Positions 39,910 through 55,068 of a stretch of 64,000 bases of DNA are shown piece by piece. The stretch lies in assembly GCA_012295275.1 (NCBI GenBank), contig CM022675.1, positions 12,648,001 through 12,712,000 on the forward strand, in the 5' to 3' direction. Both the position numbers and the translations under genes were made by a program. The notes beneath the pieces were generated by a model. The model had not been told where the DNA came from, searched no databases, and saw nothing but the letters and a program-made list of their open reading frames with translations. Positions within the stretch are counted from its first letter, which is position 1, and every line of letters starts with the position of its first letter. The stretch comes from Chrysomallon squamiferum. Its lineage: Eukaryota > Animalia > Mollusca.

Positions 39910-41719
39910 ATTTGTTATATTTTTTTTTTTATTTACTAACTTACTTACATTTTTATTTATATAAATCACGATTTTCTTCCCCATTATTTTTTCAGGTGTT
40001 TTTTTATTATTATTATTATTATTATTTATATATACATTTTAGTCTGAAATGATGAGTAATAAAAATGTCTCGTGTCACTTGTCAGGAATTCTATTTAAAA
40101 AAATAATAAAAAATTAAATAAAATATTTTAAAATTAAAAATGCAAATATTTTTAGAAGTAATAATAATAGAATTAAATTTTAGAAATTAAGAAAAAGACA
40201 AACTAAGTGAAAATTCAGTAACATCTACCGTTGACAAAGGTGTATTACAGAAATCTAGGAAAGGTAAACATTACATAAGTAGATTAGAGAATGTCAGTCT
40301 GAATTTATAACAAAGAAAGTCAATTATACAATGCATGATAGTATTAAGCAAATTAATCAGAATAAAGCAATCGAATGGGAATTACACAATCTTCTAGTTT
40401 TATTACGAAATAATCTGCATATTGTCGATCGATTTTAACAGAAAATATCTGCATGTATCAGGAGACTGATTTATATATTCACATTATATATCAGTAATTT
40501 ATAACTAAGAAAATATCTTATTACTCTGCTGACACGAGAAATACACGACATATATATATATATTTATGTGTGTGTGTGTGTGCATGTAATTATTTTTCTA
40601 TCTAGCTATCTGTATTTCTTTTCTCTCTCATAGAAATACAAACAACAATAATACAGTTATAAAATTTATTTCGTTGCATATTTGTCTGACAAGACTAAAT
40701 TAAAGAAATGTACATCATCTCTGGTATTTACAAAATTAAATTAATGTTTTTTTAAACTGATCGTTATCAATATGTTTTCCATTTTTATTTGCGGGTCAAC
40801 AAACAAATTTGACAATAAAATCAAGTCAATCTTCACATTTTTCTTGTTTTGATCTCGCTTTTAACTATTCTCATATTGTCTTTCTTGATTATAATTTGGA
40901 ACAAGAAATAAAGCTATTGGATTATTTTATATTCTGACTGTCATTGTGCTTGTGATCCTCTTTACTTTGATAAATACTTGTACTGCCATCGTTGTTGCTG
41001 CCATGTTGACACTGAAGTCTACTTGAAAATGGCTAAGTAATTACAATGAAACATCAGGACAGAAAAGTCTTGCTGGTGAACAGACACGTTATGTTTTCTG
41101 TTACAAAAAGGCTTGACTCCTAAATTTGAAATCTTGTTTGACTTTTCACCTTCTAATCGAATTTGTTAGTTTTATTGTTGCGATGTCTACACAAAGAATG
41201 AAGCATTTTAAACAACTGAAACCCCCCCACAGAATTTTCAACGCTAAATAAAAATATACAGAGTAGTTTTTTTTTAATACCTAATTATTCAGAATAATAA
41301 CTGTTCAGTTTTAATGGCTGTCATATTATAATACAAATACATCAAACCATTTGTAAATATTGAATAGCTACGTGTGGAATGCTTAATTATAATACACTTT
41401 AATAAACGAAAAATGTGAATTACGTTCTGTATTTTATTTGAATGTTGAAAGTTTTGTTTTTTATTTGACCTTTCTGAGAATCACACACGAAGTTGCGGGC
41501 TGCCTCACTTGTGGGAAATCGTCTTGGTCTACCCTACTTTAGTTATCAGACAAATATTTACCTAGTGTACATAATCATACGTGACTCAAACCAAGAACGT
41601 TTACTTAATTTAATAAGTACTTCTTTACAACCTGGATACGTTATCAGTGTTTGTATTATACTCTGTAGTCTGTAGCACTAAACAAACACAGATAGAGACT
41701 AACATACAGTAGTATATCT

Positions 41720-41808
<89 letters not shown>

Positions 41809-43008
41809 CTCTCTCTCTCTCCTTTTGAATATGTCAGTCTATATCTTTGTTTCTTTGTCTATTTATTTCTACCTATACACAAAATTATACAGCATGACAA
41901 AAGATAATACAAAAAAAAAAAACACAGCACAACAAATAGCACACAATATAACAACAGCAGAATACAGAATAACAACAACATACGATAACAAGATACACTA
42001 CAAATCAAAACGCTATAACATAACAGTGCAACACAAGCTAGCATAGTATCGTGTATCACAAGGCAATACAACATAACATAAGAAATACTAGATAACACAA
42101 TAATAAAACACAACACGTAACAATAAAACACAACACGTGATGCATTGTAATACATCATACATTGTATATATATACAAACAGACAGACAGGGGTCCAGATA
42201 GTCAGAATCTGACTGATCCAGTTTTACCCCCAAAACACGTCCATTCTTGCAGATAAACAGACACACCTGACAACCAACCCAGAAACGGAGACAGAAAGAA
42301 ACTGAAAATCACTGCATGTAAAGCAAACACTATGGAAATAAAGAAATGCTTTGACTATATTTTAACTTATATAAAATAATGAAGAAACAACTGCTGCTCA
42401 GTTACATTTTACAAAAAGGAAACATATTTTAATTTAAATTTTCTTGTTCACGTGAGAGGATATGTACACACATATCAAGTATTTATATTCTCCTTCATTT
42501 CACATTAGCTCGGACGAGTTATTTCTTCCAGATTCGCATTACAGAGTAATAACGTCTAACTTTTATTACTTTCCACTAGGAGTTGGGTTCGTTTTGACGT
42601 TTTACTCAAGTTACTAGTAACACTTCCAGATGAAATTCTAACACATGTTAATCTGAAAAGCTATCAAGAAAAATCTCATTTCTTAAAGTTTTTAAAGTCT
42701 AAAATTTCAAAATGAAATAAAAAAAAATAAAACATAAAATATAAAAAATGATAAAAAAAAAAATAATAATGGGTGTATCAGTGATATTTAATAATGACAG
42801 GCTGAATGATCAGTCCTACACATGTATTTGACGTGACATCTCTGTGCACACATTAGCAGTGCTTAACACAGCATTCATATTTTGCTTTCATAGCGATACA
42901 AAATATCCACATTTCACATACATACATACATACAAACGTACAGATGGCTACATACATATAGAGAGACACAAACAGGATCACATATATTAAACTATAACTA
43001 CATACACA

Positions 43009-43048
<40 letters not shown>

Positions 43049-43643
43049 CACACACAGACACACACAGACAGACAGATATACTTACACAATAGAAATACAT
43101 TCAAATTTCCATTCTATTTGAGAATGAGTTATGTTATGGTTAATCTGTTATGTTCTTCTGTAAAAAGTACCAAAGCGATAAGTAAAAGAAATTTAATACA
43201 ATTCACAAAGTATATATTTTTTGTATGATTTATGTTATTTGCAAAAGTACTGTGATGCAATTAAGTCCTTGACAAAGCATTAAAATGAAACTTTAAACCC
43301 TTGTGTCTGCCAAACATTAGTTAGGGAGAAAAATAATAATACAGAGAAAAAAATCTGTTTTTCTTTGCTTTAAAAAATATTAATATGCGGTAATTAGCTA
43401 TATTTCTACAACCGATAAAATATGAAACCGATGCTTAGGCGCTATGAAAATTAATAAAAAGAAGCAATAACATAAATAAGAAAGAAGTATGTTTCTCCAA
43501 AATTGTTATTATCATTACTATAAGAAAGGATATCATTATTAAAAGTCGCATTCGCAGTTTTTCTGTTGAAACGTTTTATCGAAAGAATCCGGACAGAAAA
43601 ACAAGAAGAAAGTGACAATATTTCAGTGAACTGATACGACAGA

Positions 43644-44250
43644 ATGCAGTCGTCAACAATGTACTTGGTGAGTTTATTTATTTATTTATATATATTTTTT
43701 TCTTATTTTTATTTTTTATTTGCTTTTTTCTTTCTTTCTTTCTTTTATTTTTATTTAATTAGATTTCCTTTTTATATGTATTTGTGTGTGTGTCGACACA
43801 CATACTACACGTACATATGTATCTGTATTTTATATATGTGTGTGTGTGTGTGTGTATTTGTGTGTGTGTCGACACACATATTACACGTACATATGTATCT
43901 GTATTTATATATATGTGTGTGTGTGTATTTTGTGTGTGTCGACACACATACTACACGTACATATGTATCTGTATTTATATATGTGTGTGTGTGTGTGTGT
44001 ATTTGTGTGTGTGTCGACACACATATTACACGTACATATGTATCTGTATTTATATATATGTGTGTGTGTGTATTTGTGTGTGTGTCGACACACATACTAC
44101 ACGTACATATGTATCTGTATTTATATGTGTGTGTGTGTGTATGTGTGTGTGTGTGTGTCGACACACATACTACACGTACATATGTATCTGTATTTATATG
44201 TGTGTGTGTCGACACACATACTACACGTACATTTGTATCTGTATTTTATA

Positions 44251-44282
<32 letters not shown>

Positions 44283-44367
44283 CGTATGTGTGTATTTATA
44301 TGTGTGTGTGTGTGTGTATTTGTGTGTGTGTCGACACACATACTACACGTACATATGTATCTGTATT

Positions 44368-44420
<53 letters not shown>

Positions 44421-44587
44421 ATTTCAAAATTTATGCCTAAACATTAAATTTATATATTTATGGATTTTTATTTCTAATCCTTTTCTTCTAATATTTTGTA
44501 CTATCAATATATTATTTACTATGAAAAAGGCGTACAGAAATAATGCATAAAAAAAGTTTCATCGGCATTTTGTTGATATTTCGTGAG

Positions 44588-44624
<37 letters not shown>

Positions 44625-45865
44625 ATTAATAATCATAAAGATATTTTTTAACTCGAAAAGGAGTTATCATTGTTATTTTGAAATTGAAATGGAGTTATCA
44701 TTGTTATTTTGGAACTGAAAAGGATTTACCATTGTTATTTTGGAATTGAAAAGGAGTTATCACTGTTATTCAGAATCTCGAAATGAAGTTACACTTGTTA
44801 TTTTGAATCTTTAAATAGAGTTATCTCTGTTATTTTGTAACTCCGGATGGCATTACTGTTTTTCCGACATTTAAAAGGAAAACTTTACTTCTCATAGTCT
44901 GAATAAAGTCCAGCTTAACGCCTCAAAATCGGAATAAAAAAAACAACAAAAAGAAATGTTTTTATTGGCGCTATCTCTCGTGTCTAGGCTTGCTAGTCTG
45001 GAAAATTAATTAAACAGCTTTACTTATTGTTTCATAACATTTTAATTATTTCCAACGATGGTAGAATAACCAATAGTATTTTAAGAATAATAATGCTTAG
45101 GTGTGCCTGTATGCGACAATAGTATATTTTCGTTTGATTCACAACAGTTGATGTATATTTTTGAAACTGCGAGATTTTTAAACAGTCACTTACTTTTTGA
45201 TTTATTTATTCACCGCATGATCGACTGTAATCAATCATTCAATTATTCAATCATTCAGTTCTTTCATATGTTTATTCCAGTTACCTTTGGCGCTCTATGT
45301 CAGTTTCCTGTTGACACTCCTGAGAGGGGAGGTAATCGACGAATACGATGAACTCGTCTGCTCAGTTATCAACCCTGGATATCACATCCACAGCGGAATT
45401 AAACAGTTAGTTGGGGACGAGCCGATAAAGAAACGAAGTGCTCCACATTCCAGCGTGTTGTCCATCCTCCTGCAGAACGCCGACGACGGTGACCAAATCA
45501 TCAAATATAACGTAGCCCAAAAGCTGAAGAAGAAGCTAGACGGAGATTTGGAATCGTTATTCTTGTCCAAAGATTACGAGGAACCACATTCTGAAGGTTA
45601 CGACTTACCGTGGATATGTGGCTGTAAAACACAGATCTATGACCTCGGCCTCGATGTCATTCCGAGATACATTTCCGGCGCCGTCTGCCCCAACAAGACG
45701 TGTTGGTACGAACATTACCGGTGTATTCCGATCACGACCGAAGAGACAATTCTAGTAAAGCATTATGGAATGTGCGTGGATAGTCGACTTCCCGATTACA
45801 TTGGTGATAAATACATGATGTACACTGTGTCTGTCCAAGTGGGCGCACAATGTGGCTTGCCTTAG
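43644..45865 (+). CDS. Secreted Trunk/PTTH/noggin-superfamily cystine-knot ligand (trunk-like)
   Basis: Exon 43644-43667 (MQSSTMYL|gtgagt) plus exon 45281-45865 (LPLALYVSFLLTLLRG completes the signal peptide). Dibasic site KKRS. The C-terminal LPWICGCKTQIYDLGLDVIPRYISGAVCPNKTCWYEHYRCIP...C...VGAQC matches the Trunk pattern PW.C.....DLG..FPRYI...C....CWY.H..C.P. Confidence 0.85.
43780..44418. repeat. Compound minisatellite (~8 units) with palindromic cores and variable (TG)n spacers
   Basis: Unit tgtgtgtcgacacacata(c/t)tacacgtacatatgtatctgtattt..(tg)n; in the trunk-like intron. Confidence 0.92.
44650..44840. repeat. Degenerate ~31-bp tandem repeat, ~6 copies
   Basis: aaggagttatcattgttattttg(a/g)aattgaa variants. 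Confidence 0.75.
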
Positions 45866-47306
45866 AGTTCTTGCCCTTGTTTATGTTACCAATGATGTCT
45901 CTAAAATATTCTGTTTCATTCTTTTTTCTGTTTGTGCGTGTGTTTGTGTTTGTGGAAATCTTTAATCAGATAAAAATGGCCATAATGAAGGACATTAAAA
46001 GAGAGAAAAATATATTTTTTTTTTATTAATGATATTTACCGTCAGCTATTTTAGATTCACTAAATGTCCATAAGCATACAATAGATAGTGATGTAAAGAT
46101 GGAATACTTTAGAGCACAAAGCAAGGAATATATTTTTATTCTAAAATTTTGTTCAGTCAGTTATATCCAGGGTTAGCTAATAAACAATTGGAAAACTGAC
46201 TTCTGTATGAGCCATCTACTTCTTTCTTTTATTAACAATGTAGGTATTACGTATACACTCAGCAGCACAGCACGTTCCACGACATTTAAAACATTTTTCT
46301 CAAAACCACATCAGATATAATATTTCGGTTAGAAAAAAATTGTTGTTTCTTTAATCTGACAACATACATAGTGATAGGTTGAAAGTGATTCACGAAGTTA
46401 GTGGGATACTTACTTACAATGTAGTTCTATGTGTACTGTTGTTAGTGATCAGAACGGGTAGAAGTTTTTTGCTTGTTAAACGAGTTAAACGAGAGTGTGC
46501 TTAAAAACCTTAGTTATAGATTTCGAATCCAGCATTAGGCGATGTGTAAAAAAACAACAACAACAAACAAAGAAAAAACGGTCACGTTATTTATGAAAAT
46601 CTAATTTGTATGTACGTCTTTTAAACATGATGAGAAAAAAAAAATGAAGATTAAAAACAATTAATAATGCTTGCATGTGTGCACACAAACACACATACAG
46701 ACAGACACAAACACATACTCAAACACACTTACTCACTCACTATCTCCTGTTGTTTTACTTTTTAATTTAATTAACCTTTTAGCCTATAACGTAAGACTTT
46801 TAGTCTACAGCATGATACATCCTTTACTATACTTAATATTACAGCTGTGACTCTCACACAGAGAAACCACTAAAAAATCCTTTGCAGCTAAAAAAAGTAA
46901 TTCTCTTAAAAGTAAAGTTACATTAGAAGCTAAAACATGTCATCTAAAAACTGCAATTTATCTCTGTCGAATTATAAGTCTAGCTCGTAACATATCAACA
47001 CTGTTTTAATGTCGGTTTCTGTAAATTTAATAATCCTCATTCAGAAGAGACAAAATAAAGTCCTAATTGATTTTTTACTATGAACTGTTATACAAATAAT
47101 GTGTACCTCATTTAACTCCCATTTTACTATTGATTCGTCCCCGTGTACAGAACAAAAGACCCGCTGGACCGTCGACTAAATCATCAAATAGCTACTGCTG
47201 CCTTCGTTTTATGACGATGGTGAAACATAAAGAATGTTTATTTTGACAGAGAAACACGAAGACTTAAACAACTCTAAATATTTACGAAGTCTGAAAATTT
47301 GCCAAG

Positions 47307-50300
47307 ATGATGTTTAAAATAATTATTCTACTGACAAATATGGTTGCACATATCTCAGCAAACGGTAAGTTTATTTTTGTTTATTTTTTATACAGAATTA
47401 CTTTTTTAGGTTTTATTATGTTTTCGATTTTTTTTTTTTTTTTTTTGTATTCTATTCTGAAGTTTTCAAATTTTAAATTATATACAAATAATTTTTTGTT
47501 TGTCATTGACAGATATTATTCATTATTAATTTTAATTAACCATAATAAGTTTAAAGGAAAACTCAGGTTTAATAACAACAACAATAACATCATAAATTAA
47601 CAAACATAGTGCAGTATCATAAACTGTAACAAAAACATCAGTAATGTGAAAAAGTATAAAAAAAAACAAAAAAAAATTACTAATATCTATAACGATACCA
47701 TATAATCGGTAATATAAAAACAGTAAAAGACATTACAACAATATTAAAAGTTGTAGCAAAACAATCAGTAAAAAAACAAAAAACTACCTCAGAAACAACA
47801 AAAATATCAAAAACTACAAGAAAAGCAACAATAATGTTTAAAACTGTAAAAAAAACAATAACAAAAAGGAACAGTAATATCAAAAAATATAACGAAAGCA
47901 ACAGCAGTATCAAAAAGTATACGAAAAATATTACAAAAATATCAGCAATATCAAAAACTAATACAAAAACAACAGTAATAAAAACAGCAGCTGTATCTAA
48001 AATAATACCAAATTCAACAGTAACATCAACAGCTATAACAAAAACAGTAATATCAACAACTATAATAAAAACAGTGAAATCAAAAACTATAACAAAACAG
48101 TAATATCAAAAACTATAACAAAAAGTAATATCAACAACTATAATAAAAACAGTAATATCAACAACTATAATAAAAACAGTGAAATCAAAAACTATAACAA
48201 AACAGTAATATCAAAACTATAACAAAAAGTAATATCAAAAACTATAATAAAAACAGTAATATCAACAACTATAATAAAAACAGTGAAATCAAAAATTATA
48301 ACAAAACAGTAATATCAAAAACTATAACAAAAAGTAATATCAACAACTATAATAAAAACAGTAATATCAACAACTATAATAAAAACAGTGAAATCAAAAA
48401 CTATAACAAAACAGTAATATCAAAACTATAACAAAAAGTAATATCAACAACTATAATAAAAACAGTAATATCAACAACTATAATAAAAACAGTGAAATCA
48501 AAAACTATAACAAAACAGTAATATCAAAACTATAACAAAAAGTAATATCAAAAACTATAATAAAAACAGTAATATCAACAACTATAATAAAAACAGTGAA
48601 ATCAAAAATTATAACAAAACAGTAATATCAAAAACTATAACAAAAAGTAATATCAAAAACTATAATAAAAACAGTAAGATCAACAACTATAATAAAAACA
48701 GTAATATCAACAACTATAACAAAACAGTATTATCAACAATTATAATAAAAACATTAATACCAACAACTATAACAAAACAGCAATATCAAAAACTATAATT
48801 AAAACAGTAATATCAACAACTGTAACAAAAACAGTAATATCAAAAACTATAATAAAAACAGTAACATGAGCAATTATAATAAAAACGCTAATATAAAAAC
48901 TATAACAAAAACAATAATATAAACAACTACAACAAAACAGTAATATCAAAAACTATTTAAAAAATCAGTAATATCAACAAGTATAACAAAAACAGCAATA
49001 TCAACAATTATAATAAAAACAGTAATATCAAAAACCATATCAAAAACAGAAATACCAAATATTATAACAAAAATCAGTAATATCAAAAACTATAAGAAAA
49101 ACAACAGCAATGCCAAAACCTATAACAAAAGTAATCGTAATATCAACAACTATTAAAAAAACAAAAACATCAGTAATATCAAAAAATACAATAAAAAGCA
49201 CGTAATATCAAGATATTTCATCATACCAATCTTTAAAAAAAAAACGTATATTAAAAGAAATGTAGAAAAATCCTTGAACGGGCTTGTCAGCCAATCAAAA
49301 ACGTGGTCACTGCTTGAGTGGACAAATGGATGATCTCGTTGTTTACTGGTTTTGGTTCAGCAGTCCCAGTGTTTCAAATAGGGAACATCGTTTTAACGCG
49401 GTCTCTGGAGAGTTTCATGGGTTTGTTACAGAAGTGTTATTAGTCGCACTACATTTACCAGTATGTGAAGATATAACGATGTTTTATTAAGTCGACACGC
49501 ACACGAGTACACAAGTTAATGACATGTTAACAACGCAGAAATTATTAATACAGCAATTTAATATCTTTTCTTGTGTTCATCTCAAATTACACGCCAAAAT
49601 GAAAGGTTATAAAGAAATGAGGTTAAAGTAAAATAATTAATTTTATATATATATAATAAAATGTTATTGTGTTTAGCTATTCAGTGTAATAAAATTAATC
49701 ATAAAGAAACGATTTTACATCGTTAGAGAAGTCTCGAATGTTGTTGTCGTCGTTGTCGTAGTCATTTATTTTAATATCGTTATCAAACATTTCTAAATAC
49801 AACGTGATCACTGGATGCGCCTAATGTATGAACACGTACAGTACGTTTGAAACATTAATATTTCTTTGTTCTTAGTGGTAAATTAAAAATGTAATTGTTA
49901 GCCTTTAATAATTAAAATGACAGGTGATGCAAGAAGCATATAAGACATTGCCTTAGATGATGATGATGACATGTAAGCAATGTGTAGGAACACAGGAAAT
50001 CTAAACTGGAATTTTCACGCCAGAAGTTCAGTTCTAAAAGATGCCATTTCTTTCGGTGCTGCAAACGTTTTAAAAACCAGCTAAAATAATCCAACCATTG
50101 TCACAGTCGTTTATTATAATTATATATATAAAAATATTAAAAAGATAAATGTTTGTTGTATAACAACTAATAAATGTTGATGGTCTGTGAATTATTGAAA
50201 CAAATTTATTTACCATTTAGCCTTTACGAAAATATTTGTCTTTACTTTCGTATCTGTTTAGTATTTGCTGTAATGCCTGGACACCATTATCAGCTGTTTA

Positions 50301-52058
50301 ACAAGGACAATGAAAAAAGTTGAGACTTCTCTAACGATGTAAAATCGTTTCTTTATGATTAATTTTATTACACTGATTAGCTAAACACAATAACTTTTTT
50401 TTATATATAATTAATTATTTTACTTTAACCTCATTTCTTTATAACCTTTCATTTTGGCGTGTAATTTGAGATGAACACGAGGAAAGATATTAAATTGCAG
50501 TATTAATAATTTCTGCGTTGTTAACACGTCATTAACTTGTGTACTCGTGTGCGTGTCGACTTAATAAAACATCGTTATATCTTCACACACTGGTAAATGT
50601 AGTGCGACTAATAACACTTCTGTAACAAACCCGTGAAACTCCCCACAGACCGCGTTAAAACGATGTTCCCTATTTGAAACACTGGGACTGCTGAACCAAG
50701 GCCAGTAAACAACGAGATCATCCATTTGTCCACTCAAGCAGTGACCACGTTATTGATTGGCTGACGAGCTGGCGCTTAGCTGTGACGTCATTGACTGTCC
50801 GACATCGATTGACGACATAATTGCCGCAATTAGCCTTTTGTGTTACTAACGTGAACACTCATTCAGACTCAGTATGTTAAAAAAAAGTAAAGAGCTGGGT
50901 ACACAGACTAAATTGAAGTAATTAATGACGCTATCTGATCAAGTAATAAAGTGCAGCGTTAATCTTAATGACAACTACTTTTAGTATCTATTTATACACG
51001 TTGAATACAAATTTTATATCACATTAATATTTTGATAGATAAATGAATAGATACAGAGATATTGAATTTTTACGTGTGTGTGTGTGTATGTTTGTATATA
51101 TGTACATAATGTAGTCATATACGTATGCAGTTTATTTAACAACAACATTTTATCGCACAGCTTTTAACAAGGAAGTAAATGGTGTTATTTTATTTACACA
51201 GCAAACTTGATTTAACCTGAACGTTTAGCGAAGTAAATGGTAGCTACTTTTATTTATTCAACTTCCAGGCTGCCCAGCGGAGACGTTTGAGAATGACGTG
51301 AACGAGAGATGTTACTTTGTGTCCACTGAAACACTGACCTGGCTTCACGCGAAAAATGACTGTGAACAACGCAAGGGTAATCTGTGCAAAATAGCAATCC
51401 AGGCTGAGCAAGATTTTGTCAGCAACATCACAAAGTAAGCTGGTCGCGCCGACATCTGACTGATAAACAAATATACATTAAAGTCTGTCTATATATGAGT
51501 GTGTGTATGTATGTATGTATGTATGTGTGTATGTATGTATGTATGTTTGTATATATGTATGTATGTGTGTGTGTATATATGTTTGTATGTATGTGTGTGT
51601 GTATGTATGTTTGTATATATGTATGTGTGTGTGTATATATGTTTGTATGTATGTGTGTATGTATGTATGTATATATGTTTGTATATATGCATGTATGTGT
51701 GTATATATTATGTATGTGTGTTTGTTTATATATATGTATGTATGTATGTATGTGTGTGTATGTATGTATGTATTTGTGTATGTATGTATGTGTGTATGTA
51801 TGTATGTATGTATTTATGTATGTATTTGTGTATGTATCTGTATGTATGTTTTTATTTATGTATGTGTGTATGCATATGTGTATGTATGTGTATGTATGTG
51901 TGTATGTATGTATGTTTGTATGTATGTGTGTATGTATGTATGTTTGTATGTATGTATGTATGTATGTGTATGTGTGTATGTGTGTATGTGTATGTATGTG
52001 TATGTATGTATGTATGTATGTATGTATGTATGTATGTATGTATGTATGTATGTATGTA

Positions 52059-52093
<35 letters not shown>

Positions 52094-52212
52094 ATTTGTG
52101 TGTATGTATGTATGTATGTATGTGTGTATGTATGTATGTATGTATGTATGTATGTATGTGTGTATGTATGTATGTATGTATGTATGTATGTGTGTATGTA
52201 TGTATGTATGTA

Positions 52213-52243
<31 letters not shown>

Positions 52244-52372
52244 ATGTGTGTTTGTATGTATGTATGTATGTATTTGTGTGTGTATGTTTAGATGGAGACA
52301 AGGAGGGATGGATGAGATTACTAATCGATATTGTCGCCATTATCATTGTTGATGCTGCTGCTGCTGTTGTTG

Positions 52373-52422
<50 letters not shown>

Positions 52423-54265
52423 CAGCAAAACTGAAATCTACTGGATCGGTGCTCGGAATCTTTCCACTGGATTGACATGGGCAGATAACTCCAGTGTGAG
52501 CTGGACTAATTTTGGAACTGGAACAAATGAAAATGGCTCCTGCGTCGCACTCTCGGGGGAAAAGTGGGTGATGCGTGACTGCAGTTCAAACAACAGTTAC
52601 ATTTGTGAACTAAACACACGTAAGTATTGTGAAACCTTTAGATATGAATATTCTTGTTTGTTCAGCCAACACAAAATCGTATTTATGAACGTGCTGTAAC
52701 AATCGCAGACACGTGACCAACTCCGGCTGAGGGTACCGGTTACTCGGGAAGCAGCCCCGGGCCCCACATGTTGTTAGGGTGTGACATGTCAGGTCATGAA
52801 TTAAAAAAAAAAAAAAAAAAAAAAATCATAATTAAAATAGTAGATGAAATAAATAAATAAAATAGAATAATTTTTTTTTTTTTTTAAATAAAGAAGTCAC
52901 TTTACCTTGCATTTCATTATCAGTTTTTTTCTGTTTTGATGATCACGTGGTGAAGAACAAGCTGACTAAGGCTGCCGTTGTTGTTATCGTGTCAGGCGGC
53001 GTCAACAACACCTAGACGAAACAAACCGCAACAACGTAGCGAAACTGTGTTACAGAACTAACCGCATTGATTGCATTCGTTACTGCAGATGACACCGTGT
53101 GATCGCACTCTAGACGGCAAGCGACTGTTAAAGTGCAGATTTGATCGCTGTAATTGTAAAAATGTGTACCGCTCCCAGCACAACGCGACACGGTCAAGTT
53201 CACAATTAAATTAATTTATCTTTGTTTTCCGATCTCAGGCAACATCGATTTGTTCAAATCGCTAAATTGATTTGTTCAAAGAAACTGTTAAAGTTTGAAT
53301 TATAAACTGTATACAACAGATTATATGTGTATGTGTGTGCGTGTGTGTGTGCGTGCGTTTACATTCATATGTACACTCACATTTTTAGGTACGACTTCTT
53401 GTTCTCGCTCTCTGATTTTTTTGTTCTCGTAAATATAAGTTATATGAAATGTATACAGAAAACAAACAAACACACACACCAACACCAACACACACACACA
53501 CACCAACACCAACATACACACACACCAACACCAACACACACACACACCAACACCAACACACACACACCAACACCAACATACACACCAGCACCAACACACA
53601 CACCAACACCAACATACACACCAACACCAACACACACACCAACACCAACATACACACCAACACCAACACACACACCAACACACACACCAACACCAACATA
53701 CACACCAACACCAAGACACACACCAACACCAACATACACACCAACACCAACACACACAGTATTGATTCATCGTTCAATTGTTCTCCTATGGTAGATAACA
53801 GAGAGAGATTATATATATATATATTAAATTCGACACACATCGTAATCGTTACGTCTGCGGGACAGAATAAACTAATGATTTTATTCTGCGGTTTAATTGA
53901 GCGAGTCGACTTTGTCTGAAAGACAAATGAGTTTTTCACTGTTCCGTACACCGTGACGTACTGCTGTCTGTCACTCAATAGCTAACTGTTTTCTGTCACT
54001 CAATAGCTAACTGTTTTCTGTCACTCAATGGCTAACTGTTCTCTGTCACTCAATAGCTAACTGTTTTTGTCACCGTATTTTCACATATCAAGAGAAAAAG
54101 AGGCTGAACTGGATTAGCATCCTTTAACCTGTTTCACGATGTCAGTGTGAATTATTTTTCAAAGTACGTGTGTCCCTGGCTCCAGTCAGAGCACGCGCGC
54201 ATGTGTGTCTGTCTCTTTGTCTATATCTCTATCTATATCTATCTGTCTGTCTGTCTGTCTATCTA

Positions 54266-54296
<31 letters not shown>

Positions 54297-54309
54297 GTCT
54301 GCCTGCCTA

Positions 54310-54406
<97 letters not shown>

Positions 54407-54980
54407 ATCTCTCTGTCTGTCTGTCTGTCTATCAATATCTATGTATCTATATTTCTAGACAGATAGATAGTCTGATATATGGGTATAGTTATATAGATAG
54501 ACATTCACACACACACCGTCCTAGAGACAGGGAGAAAACGTGGGAATGTATTAAAAACATCTGACATTCTAGGTTCAATAATATCTAATAAGTTTGAAAA
54601 TAAAGATAAAATATTGTTTTTCAGAATTAACTAATGCACGAAGCAGGGATCACTATCAGCAGTTTCATGTAAAAATATAACATTCATATATCTGTGTTAT
54701 TTCAAGTCATTGAACACTATCTTCCGAAATCAATTCACAGTTTTACCTGAAGATACCAACTGGAAATTTGACACATTAAACTAAAACTTTACATTCAATG
54801 AACGCTTCAATAAAACATTTGTAATTGCAGTGAGACGTTTTATAATCTTTTTCTGTCATCTGCCAAATGAGAAGAATCAAATGATGTGTCAAATACGTTT
54901 CTATCATTTATTCGTTAACCCATAAATATTTGAACGCTCTTCGTAGAAAGAAATCTGAGAATAAACAAACAAACAAATAA

Positions 54981-55068
<88 letters not shown>

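Noticed and set aside
43644-44550. Long CV/TH-rich ORFs; repeat-spacer look
   Set aside because: Translations of the (TG)n minisatellite; the spacers are only (TG)n. Only the first 8 codons are a real exon.
47834-49180. Thr/Lys-rich mucin-like ORF
   Set aside because: The minisatellite units shift frame and contain stops; it lies in the lectin first intron.
51489-52434. 260-310-aa MYVC-rich ORFs
   Set aside because: (TATG)n microsatellite; stop-free by composition.
52700-53200. CpG-rich intronic patch as ncRNA or transposon
   Set aside because: No recognisable RNA structure, ORF or paired termini; probably repeat debris but not supportable.
53321-53978. PT/HT/CW/VG-rich ORFs resembling mucin or extensin
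   Set aside because: Compound CA-rich microsatellite, open in all frames, with no splice support.
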